This document shows, piece after piece, positions 23,978 through 34,094 of a stretch of 64,000 bases of DNA. Position numbers and translations under genes: made by a program. The first letter of the stretch is position 1. Each line of letters starts with the position of its first letter. The DNA is from Cyanophora paradoxa CCMP329. Lineage: Eukaryota > Plantae > Glaucophyta. The DNA is taken from contig QPMI01000515.1 of NCBI GenBank assembly GCA_004431415.1, positions 186,001 through 250,000 of the forward strand, given 5' to 3'. The notes under the pieces are model-generated. The model did no database searches, was not told the DNA's origin, and saw only the letters and a program-made list of their open reading frames with translations.

Positions 23978-26270
23978 AAATGTGCGTTGGGCCTGGCCGG
24001 CTTGGGCAGCCGCCAGAGCAAGGCCCTGCAAATTTTCGCGAAGCTCCGCGAAAGTTTTTGCCAGCCCCCGCGGCCGGCCTTCGGCGCAAGCCTGGACGTG
24101 CCGGCGCGTCGCTGAGATATAGCATGCGCAGCCAGTATACCTGCCTCGAGCGGGCTGTACATTTGTGCATTTGTACATATATATAATTCTTGACGCCGGG
24201 GACGACGTCTTCCGAGAAGAGGAGTGGGCAGACGAGCCGTGAGCTCGCCCTTCCTGAAGCCCGACCTGGGCCGCTGGTACCCTTGCGGCGGGTACAGCGC
24301 TTTCCGAGAGGAGGAGTCCCTCCTCCTGCTTGCAATTACGGGTGGGTCCCGGTGCGCACCTCGCGCAGCTGCTGTGCGCACGCACACGAGGAGCCCCTCG
24401 TAATTTTTGTAAATATTTGTAAATACTTGCATCCGGTTCGCCCTCCGCGCGAAACCGAGAGTCGCGTACCCCTCCGGGCGGGTACAAGTCTTCCGAGAGG
24501 AGGAGTCCCTCCTCTCGCGAGAAGCGAGCCCCAGAGGACGCCGAAAAGAGCGGCTTGCCGCCCCGAAGCGCACCTGCGCACACGCACATGTACACCCCGC
24601 CGTGCGCATGTAGCTCGGCTGCTGCCCCGGGTGTCTGTCTTCCGAGGGGAGGAGTCCCACCTGCGGACCCCTCCTTTAACGCCCTGATTGGCCTCAGAGC
24701 CGTCGGCTGCGTTCTTGCACGCCCCCTCGGGTGAGCTGCAGCCGCAGCTGGGCGTGAGTGGGAGGCCAGTAGCCCCGCTGCACGCCAGGCTAGCGCCGAA
24801 CGCACAGAGCCCCCAGCCGCTGAGCGCACCGGACATCACGGCGTGCGCTGCTGAGCTTGGGCGTGGGGTCGGAGGCCTGCCCTCAGAAAGCCCCATGGCC
24901 CGCCAGGCCTGCGAACCTTGATCGCAGCCTGCGCCTGCGCAATATCTGAAGCCCCCGCGAGGTTCCGGACCTGCGATTGGGAGCTGATCGCGAGCATGAA
25001 GAGCGAGCGGCCCCGTAGCCCTTGCGACGCGAGATGTGATCCTCGCGCGGAACCCTGCGCCCAGGATGCACTCTCAAGGAAAGCTCAACGCCTGAGGCGA
25101 GATGCTTGGCCCGGCCGAGTGCCTGGCAGCGCGTTGCGAGCTTGACAGGCGGCCCCTGTGCCCCTGCAAAACTCGTGAGCTTCCGAGCTCCGAAGAAGGG
25201 CGAGCCTGAGGTCACCGCGTGCCCAAGAGCTCGAGCCCTAAAGTGAAGTCCTGGCGTGTCCCCGAGGCGGCCAGGCGGCTGGCACTGGCTCTAAGCTGTG
25301 CCCAGTGGCGGCTTCATCGCGAGCCTAAGTCCTGTTGGCGCCTGCCAAGCCGGTCCATAGGGCGGCTGGGCGGTCGGCTGGCTACAACGCCAAGCGCGAC
25401 GACGGGGGTACCATCCCTCTGCATGAGAATCCACGTCGGGGACGCCTGACGCTGGCTCTTCTCCCATAGGCATACGGCACGGTGTTGGGCAGGCTGCTCA
25501 GCGTCCGTGCATGGGCGTTTGCAGTAGTTCTGTGGGCGTATCCGGGTCTAGTTCCGGCTCTACACCCGTTGACACGGCACCCGCCCGTCAACCCGACGAG
25601 TTAGACCGCGCCGCACTTGCCGCGAGAGCCTAAGGGGCGCTCGCCTAGGCGTGGTCACGAGTACCAGCGTCTAGGTCACCCGCGCTAGCTTGCGTGGGGG
25701 GCGCTCTGGAGAGGGTCGCTGCGCCGCCTCGCGCGCCATGGCCCTGCGTCGCTGTTCGCAAGCATTGAATCGCTTTGCGACGTGCTCTCGCTGCGCAACG
25801 CGTGGCTCATGGGCGAAAGCCTGCTGCGGAAAGACATCCAATGCACCAGAATCCCCTCGTCCCCTTGGGCCGCCGGCCTGAAGCTTGACCTTGGCCCTCT
25901 GGGCCGGAGATGGACAATTATTTGCGGCACTGCGGCATACTGCCGCCACCCCCTCTTGACACGGTTTTACATTTAGAAATTGAGAATCGATTTATATATA
26001 ATTAGCTCTTGGTTTCGATTTATAAATTAGAGAGTTGATGGTTTTACGATGTACATAGCCCATACTGGCTAGAGGTCTTCTTCAATTCCCGGCAGTAGCC
26101 GGCCACTCGTCTATTTTCAATTCCCGGCAGTCGAGCTGCCGGAGTGCGCGAAATTCGCGATTCTGTAAGTATGGCTTTCAGTCTTTTATTCCCGGCAGTC
26201 CCCTGCCGCGAAACTTTGTAAATATGCTTGCTTGTAGATATTTCCGTGGTACTTAGACCACGCGGACGTG

Positions 26271-26289
26271 GTCTTCCGAGTGGAGGAGT
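26271..26289 (+). promoter_or_regulatory. Polypurine-tract region
   Basis: GTCTTCCGAGTGGAGGAGT abuts the 3' LTR. Confidence 0.7.
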
Positions 26290-26588
26290 TGTCGCATGCA
26301 TGATTATCGTGCATGCGGAGCTAGATAGTGCAGCCTTCGTGCTGCTAGTTGCTAGTGCAGCCTACGTGCTGCTAGGGCCGACGTCGGCGTCAGTACGCCT
26401 CGGCCACCGCTTATTATAGCTACTACGGGTACGCCGGGCCTGTCCGGGTACAGATCACTCATAGGGATACACTGTTCTAGGGAATACTACAGAGCGATAG
26501 CGATCCCTCGCGATCCCAAGCGCCCCGCCGAGCCCAGGGTCGGCAGGTCGCATCCCCGCGTGCTTGCACACTAATCCCGCACGCGACA
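26290..26588 (+). repeat. 3' LTR (299 bp)
   Basis: Direct repeat of 21663-21967, followed by the TSD. Confidence 0.93.
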
Positions 26589-27734
26589 ATCGTGTCCCTT
26601 CTCGTGATCCCTCTATTTTGTGCTACTTTACTGTATCTTTGATTTGTGATTGCTTTGTTGTCCGATCCTTAATATCACTACCTACGGGGGGTTCGCCCCA
26701 CCGTATACGTACGCGTAGTCTCTCAAAAAAAGCTAAATCTTTAAATTTGATTTGCGAACCGAAATTGCGATTACTTTGTTATCTTTTAACAAGCGAGTCC
26801 CTGCGGAGCAGGAGTGGCCTTGTTTGTAACTTAGTAATATTACTATAGCTATATACTGTAGCTACCTACGGCCCCGGAGGCTACGGGGGGCTCGGCGCGG
26901 CTCGCCCCACGTGCACCGTAGTCTCTAAAAAACAATCGGATAAGTCACAAAAAGTCTGGTAGGATTTAGATATATATATGTAGATCGATATGTACATGTA
27001 GAATCATTGTAGATGGGATAGGATCATATTACTATGATATTAGGATGGCGTTTCAAAGCCGCGTTTGTCACGCCGTCACGGAGGTAATGGGAGGTTACCG
27101 CCTAAGGCGGCCTAACTTGCCGGACGGTCACGTGAACGGGGCCACGGGCCCACGCCGCCCGGCCGTGGGCCCGTGACCGTCACGGCGTCGGAGTCGGTCG
27201 GACTCATCAGTGACGCCGCGGCGCGCGCCGCGGCCCGGCGGGCCGCGCGGCCCCATGACCACGATCGCGACTCCTCGACGAGCCTGACATCAATGTCCGA
27301 TCGCGACTCCTCAGGGCCTCGACGAGCCTCTGGAGTCCCGGGTCCGCGTGACATCAATGTCCGAGTCAGTCCGACGTCGACCGTCCGACCACAGCCTCAG
27401 CTGCCTCACAGCCTGAGAGTCACAGCTCAGCTGCAGGCTCACAGAGTCACAGTCACTCACAGACTCACGTGCACACTGCAGCTGCACAGGCTCAGAGTCA
27501 GCACAGCATGATGACGTCGACTCGCCGACTCGACGCCGAGTCGGTGTCACGTGCACTCGGTGAGTCCGCAATGACTCCGCATGCGCAGTGCGCACGCCGT
27601 CCAACGTTAACGGTCCAAGTTCCAACTTCCAACCGTTGAACTTGCGGCAATTGCACAGTTTAAATTTGCACTGTCACAGTGTGTGCTGCAGTGTGCAACG
27701 GCCATGCGAGTCGATGCGACTCATGACTCATGAG

Positions 27735-28272
27735 TAGGGCTGGGCCGGTGGCGGCCGGTGGCAGTGGCAACCTCCCACCGACCGACCGGGTGGAAAATCT
27801 GGCCCACCGCCATACAACGCCCGGTACCATACAAATTAAAATTCTAGGGGGGTAGGCTCGCAAAAATGTCATATTCTCGCGCGCGAAAGTTTCATATTCC
27901 GTACTCACCCAGCAAAGTGCTGCTTAGTTCATCTTCCTCCGCTCCTGCCTTGCAATCGTGAATGACGTCGGAGCCCAAGGAAGCTGACGTCGACGCCATC
28001 GATATCGATATCCCGTACCCCGCCTGAGCACCAACCACCCCGGCCTCCCCCACAACTGGCTTGAACCCGCCCCAAAGCACTCGCTTTATAATAATTTAGA
28101 TAGTAGGCGCGTAGCGCCTTGAAGCTGTGCAGAATTTAGCGTATTTCCTGTCAATTTTCACGCACTGTAGCACGTACCCCCACCTCCACCGACCGCCACC
28201 GGTGGGTAACAGTCAGCGGGCCCACCGACTGTGCCCACCGGTGGGGGAAAACTCGGACTGTGCCCAGCCCTA
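27735..28272. mobile_element. hAT-type MITE
   Basis: TIRs TAGGGCTGGG / CCCAGCCCTA; 8-bp TSD CTCATGAG (27727-27734, 28273-28280); subterminal CCACCG/CGGTGG motifs; non-coding. Confidence 0.85.
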
Positions 28273-29338
28273 CTCATGAGTCATGAGTCATGATCATGGC
28301 CGGGCATCATGGCATGCGGGCCGATGATGCGGCGCGGCGGTCACCGGCGTCGGTCCGGCGATCGCGAGCCTCGGAGATTCGCGACTCACCGGAGTCCGAC
28401 GGTCACCGCCGAGTCACCGGCGAGTCGGCGGCGACTCACCGTACCGCATCACGGTCCGCATGATCGACCGTTGCAATTGGACGGCGTGAGCCGCGTGACT
28501 CCGCGTGAGCCCGCGGAGCCGCGCGCCGCTCAGTGGCGCTCACTGCGGGCAGTCTGCGGCGCTCGATCCGGCGATCGCGACTCGCGAGCTCAGCGCGCGG
28601 CCGCGGGCCCGGCCGGGCGGCCCAGCGGCCCCGGCCCGGCGCCGGGCTGGCCGGGCGGGCCTCGCCGGCGACTCGCGATCGGCGGGGAGTCACTGAGTCG
28701 CCGCGCGCGCATGCAGGCCCATTGCAGGGCCGGCGCATGCGCAGCAGCGCAGGCCCGCATGCGCAGCGCGATCATCCGGCCGATCGAATCGGCGATCCTG
28801 ACCGCAGCAGGCTGAGCAGTGAGCACTGCCAGCAGCACAGAGTGCCACAGACCGCCGCGGCGCTGCGGCGTCCGACGGTCACGGCCGCGGTCGCCGACTG
28901 TTGCCAAGTTGTTTGCCCACCCGTCGCGATCGTGATAGACGTCGATATCGATGTTCTAGACGAATGACGAGAATTAGCTTGAATTTACCTAAGAAATTAC
29001 GCAAAAAGGACATATAGAATGATATAGTACGATATAGATCTAGACGAGCTAGCGATCGACGTTAAAGTTAGACGACTACCCTCCCTCGTTTATCCGGCGG
29101 CTTCCGGCCTATCTTTGTGGTCGGCGACTCGGCGCTGGTCGCCAGCTGCGCGTCGCCTACTTTACTAAGTTAGCTTACAGAAGTTATGTGCATATGCATG
29201 TATATATGCTTTCAAACTTTTGAAAGTTTCGGGGCCGGCGCCCAGCCGGCGCCTACCGGTAGCCGGCGAGTAGCCGCCTGAGCGCTAGCCTATAGCTAGT
29301 AGCCTAGTACTACTACTGTACTAGGCCCTAGTAGGCTA

Positions 29339-29615
29339 CCGTGTAAGACTTATATATATACCGCGCTGACTTAACTACCGCGCTGCCAAATTACCGGCGA
29401 TTTACCGCGCTCAAAATTTTTAGAACGCAGTAATTTGCTAGCGCAGTATATATTACCCCATTTGCTAACAAATAATACATTTTCGAAGATGATGGAAAGC
29501 TCAAAAAAAAAATGGAAAGCGGTAATTTGGTAGCGCGGTAAAGCGCAAATCGGGCCCAAAGTTTTGGAACGCGCTAATATTATAATTTGTGACGCGGTAT
29601 TTAAGTCTTACACGG
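29339..29615. mobile_element. TA-target MITE (Tc1/mariner-type)
   Basis: TA|CCGTGTAAGACTTA ... TAAGTCTTACACGG|TA, with internal TACCGCG/CGCGGTA repeats. Confidence 0.85.
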
Positions 29616-30320
29616 TAGCATAGACTCGGACTCCCGGGTCCGAGACTCCGAGTCCCCGATCGCCGAGTCGGACTCCCCGTCCGACAGTCACGGCGTCGCG
29701 GCCGCGGCCGCTAATTATAAGTGAGAAAACTACATATATTTGATAATATATATATTTGCGCAATATGAAGAATTCATTTATTCATCATTAATTAGCCGCA
29801 TGCGCGCAGATATATACTATGAGATGTATTATGTATATATTTACAAATTACATTGGACTGTTGAAAAGTACGTATACCGCGCTGTATATAGCTACCGTAT
29901 AATTATATACTTAACTTAGTAAGCTTAGCGTTGCATATGAACTGCTTCAGTAAGAATCATTATATATACGTAACCGCCAGTTGCACTGTACGCAACTTGC
30001 ACACTGTGATTTAGTGCTAAAGGTTTTTAGGCGATCTATAATATTTTGTTTTCAAATATTTCCAGCGCCTGTATATATGCATGGCCGGAAAAGCCGAGAA
30101 TTCTTAGAGGTAGTCCCGTCTCTTTCAAGTTTCGAGCCGGGCCCGGCGCGGGGCCCTGCGAAGACGTCGACGTCGACTGACCTAGGCCTAGGCTACTAAA
30201 AATTTACGTTACGTACCAGCTGCGCGCTAAACGTCCCGTCTCCGCCACTCCGCCGGCGCCAATCCGCCAAAGCCAGCTACCGGTGTAGATCTGGAAAAGC
30301 CCTGCGAAGAGTCGCCGAAA

Positions 30321-30366
30321 ACGTATACGTACGTATACGTATACGTATACGCGTACGTACGTATAC
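30321..30366. repeat. Palindromic TACGTA/TACG microsatellite upstream of the homeobox gene (copy at ~37770-37815)
   Basis: ACGTATACGTACGTATACGTATACGTATACGCGTACGTACGTATAC. Confidence 0.8.
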
Positions 30367-30819
30367 TAAATTTTTGCCAGCTGCTTAAATTATATTTTAA
30401 GCCAGCTTGTGGCACTTTAATTAATTTTGGTGAAGTAATAATTATTTTCCTGTGTTGAATTAACCATTTCAGTAACGTGCACTGAGCTGCGCCGCTGCTA
30501 GCGCTGCGGCCCTGAATGCGGGCAACTGATGCAGACCTGCCTCGGGGCTAGTTCGCAACGGACGGGCTGCAGAGGAGGTGGCTGCTGCGAGCGAGCAGCG
30601 AGGAGGAGCGGCGCGAGGAAGCTTCCAGGTGCGCGAGCGCGCCGGCCTGCTAGTGACGCGGAAGAGCTCTATCCAGCAAGACGGCCCCCCCCCCGGTGCC
30701 GGCGCAGCGAAGGCCCGACCAACCGGCGACCACCGCTGAGTCGGCGCGTTTTGCGCAGAGGTGTCTGGCGTGTCTTGGTCTTGCTCGTCTCTGTTCGTCT
30801 CTGTTCGTTCGCTGTGGAG

Positions 30820-32939
30820 ATGGTCGCTTCAGTGGATTCCGTACTGGGCAGTCCCGTTCTGCACTCGGCGCCCTTGCCCTCCAACACGCCGTTGAACAGG
30901 GTTAGTGGGCCCTTCTGCATGTTCTCGTTGCCGGCGACCGTTGCCCGCGGCCCGCCGATGTCGGATTCTGACTGGAACAATGCAGCATACTTTTGGGCTC
31001 TGCAATCGAATCGCCGACGAGGAGTCCTCTCTGGTGCCGCAAGAGAATCTTATGATCATTCTCGACCTCGGTCAGGCGCACACCAAAGCCTGCGTCGCGA
31101 CGCAGTGCTCGCCGGCATGTTCGTACCGGGGCAGCGAAGGAAGCATGAGCAGCAGCAGCTCGTTCTGTGAAGCGCCGTCTCCCCCGTCGTCCTTCGGCGA
31201 ATCCCTCGGCTCGCCAAGCGGCAACGCGGGTATTACGGAAGACCTGACTGTCCTCGACATCAGCGTTGAGGACAGTCTCCTGTACGAGACTCTGGCCAGC
31301 GATGCAGATTTAGAGCAGCCTGCAGCGTCTCCGCGTCCCTCCGGCTTCAGCGAGCGCCCGTTCCCGGCGAAAGTCGACGACGGAACTCTCTTTGCGCCCG
31401 CGCGCTCCGCCGAACCGGCCTCGCCTGCATTTCATGGTGTCCGCTTTTCGTTTAGCGTTGCTTCCGGCGGATCTGACGCTCCTCGCAGCCGCCGTTGTTA
31501 TCGAGGATCCTCTGGATCTGGTTCTTGGGGACGAGCCGCTGCTGGATCGCAAGCTCCCGCTCGAATCCACCATTTTCAGGACAGAGAGCGCTCATGACGA
31601 GTTCACGTCGGACGATCTCTTTGGTCGCGCCGCCAAGCGCCCCCGGACGGTTCGATCGACCCGCCTCCGCGCCTGTTTCATCGCACAGCTCTAAAGCCCG
31701 TAGCAGGAGCACGCGGAGTCGGTCGAGATGACTTTCCTCGAGTGCGAGATGGACACCGGCACGGTCAAGGGCGAGCCGTCCGAGTGCGGCGGCGAGTCGA
31801 TCTGCGGCTCGCCGGAGGCGGATAGCATGTTTCTCGAGACATCCGACTGCGACACGCAGGAGCAGCTGCAGGCTCTCAGCTCGGAGATCTCGATGATGGA
31901 CGACTCTGCCCGCCGCCTCATCGCGCAGGCCCTCTACAGGCTCTCGGCCGCGGCCGCGCCCGATCAGAACGACCCTGTAGCGTCCCTCGAGCCTCTGTTC
32001 CCGCGCTCCGTCGCCGTTGCCGTCGCCGCGGCCGCGTCTAATGCCAGCGGGCTCCTGGTGACGGGATCCGGCCGGAAGCGGCGCGTCGCCGCTGCGACGC
32101 CGGTGGAGCAGCGCGCGATGGACGCCGTCGCTGAGGCGCACCGCCGCTCGGACCGCGCCGTCGCGCGCATCACTTTCCTCGTCGATTTCGACCCGGAGTC
32201 GTTCGCCGTGGACGCCTCTCCCGCCCCCGCGCCGACCTCCGCCCCCGCCCCGCCCGCCCCGTCCGCCTCCATGGCGTGCCCCGGGCCCGCCAAGCCCCCT
32301 GTCCCCGGCCAGCCCACCCCGCCCCGGGTTCGCGCGCCTTCCCCCCCCCCCCCCCGGCCCCCCCCGGCCCCGCCCCCGCCCCCGCCCCGCAGACTTGGAC
32401 TCTCTGTCTGACCGACCGACTGCCGTACCCGCTGCAGAAGCGCGTCTTCTTCACCGAGGACCAGGTCCGCAAGCTGAACACGTACTACGAGAACCTGGCG
32501 GGCAACAAGTGTACCCCGATGGAGATCGCCTCCATCGCCTCCGACGTCGGCTTGACCGAGCACCAGGTACCCCCCTTTCTTTTCTTTCTTTCTTTCTGCC
32601 CTTCTCCCCTTCTCTTATCGGTCCTCTTATGTTACGCCCGCGCAGGTTCGGATCTACTTCCAGAACAAGCGCGCGCGCACCCGGAAGCCCTCCTCGTCCT
32701 CCGGCGGATCGGGCTGCAAGACGCCCCTGAGCTCGCCCCCGGCGCGCGCCATGCAGCCGCCGGTCTCGTTCCTTCCCCCGTCCACTCCGGCCAGCGCCGC
32801 CCAGAGCCCGGCGGCGTCGCCTATCGCGAGCCCCCTGCCCCCGCGGGCCGCGCCCTCCCCGGCCTGCAGCCCGCAGCTGCCCCCGGCGGCCGCCGTCCGC
32901 ACCAGCAGCACTCTCACTATCCGGCTTCCCGTCGCTTAG
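30820..32939 (+). CDS. Homeodomain transcription factor with upstream LNK-like motifs (copy 1, apparently intact)
   Basis: Spliced KRVFFTEDQVRKLNTYYENLAGNKCTPMEIASIASDVGLTEHQ|VRIYFQNKRAR with intron 32567-32646. First intron ~30901-30985 splices in frame. Stop TAG at 32937-32939. Confidence 0.88.
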
Positions 32940-34094
32940 TAGCCGTTTCCGGCCTACGACGACAATGTCGCTTAGTAGCCGTTCCGGCCTGCGACGACAA
33001 TTTTGAACCTTTCCATGTCATATTTTCCTCTTCGCAGATCGCATGTAACTCACATAATCTTATCTTTCCATTTAGCTCCATACCGTTCAATTATCCTCTT
33101 GGTTCCGTGGCGACGAGGGCCTTTGGGCCCGTGTCGCGTGTAAGTAAGAGAGGGACAGTCACAGTTCGGGCGAGGCCCGGCGTCAGGCCTGCCAGCCTGT
33201 TTTTTCGCCGCGCCTCGGTCCAATGATGATGTATCTTGAAGATAGTTCCTTTTAGTATCTCTGAAACGATAGCAGGGTTTTTATATTGGCTCTTCCTGCT
33301 GTTTCATTTCTGTTCAGTTTATCTATTTAGTCTTTCTCGAAAGGCACAATCACTTGACGCACTGCTGTCAGGAGCTTCTCGTAAGGAGCTCCGCAGCCTC
33401 ATAATCGCGCTGCTAGGGCCTAGGGAGTTAACCCTCCATGTGTACGTGGTAGGGTGGAATCCACACAGTCTTAGTTGTAGCGGCCTCCCCGCTTCGTTGG
33501 ATGCACAATCGTTGCATAGCCCAGATGTATATGTATGAATTCAGTCCCTAGTACTGCTCCTGCCTGCTAATTGACGCTGGCCCAACTACCCCATGGCCAT
33601 CCGGGAATCCGGATCTTCTCACGGCGCCGGCAATGCCCTTATAATTACGCCTCAAGCTCGCGCCGCCATATGCATATATATACTATAGTAGCTATGGGCC
33701 CGGGCGAGTAGCTCAGCGGCTTGCGCTAGCTGGGACGTCGACGTCGACAGCAGCTAGCGCTGCAGTGCACGCGCGTATGCGCATGCATATGCAGGCGGCC
33801 CCGCGGCCGTGCCACGGTGCGATCGCAACGCATATGACTTCTTTTATATAGCTACGCATGCAATTTGCACATAACACGTAAACGCGCGCGACACGAGTCG
33901 ACGTCGGTGGGCGGACAGGGCGGGCATGTACAGGGGCGAGCCCTGCTTGCTCCCAACGCGCGGCGGGGCTTGGAAGAATAAGGTAGTAATAGCTGTTTAC
34001 CAGTCGAACGACTGGGGACGCGGGTCGTGATCGCGGGTCGCCCCCCGCCTCCCCTCCGGTCCGAGAGGCATACACACATACGTATAGAGGCCGG

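Larger units (their letters stand above)
21663..26588 (+). mobile_element. Full-length non-autonomous LTR retrotransposon encoding only Gag (TR-GAG-like)
   Basis: LTRs at 21663-21967 and 26290-26588 have TGTCG...CGACA ends. 5-bp TSD ATCGT (21658-21662, 26589-26593). PBS follows the 5' LTR and a purine tract precedes the 3' LTR. No pol ORF. Confidence 0.93.

Noticed and set aside
24197-24660. Short repeats with variable spacers as a CRISPR-like array
   Set aside because: Spacing is irregular (about 94, 187 and 149 bp), the repeats match the element's PPT, and the spacers partly resemble each other.
25671-25949. GDSGA as a retroviral aspartic protease motif
   Set aside because: It lies on the opposite strand to gag, lacks the preceding hydrophobic strand, and sits in a short ORF.
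26081-26200. tRNA gene
   Set aside because: Only T-loop/T-stem-like 15-mers are present; there is no D-arm, anticodon arm or cloverleaf.
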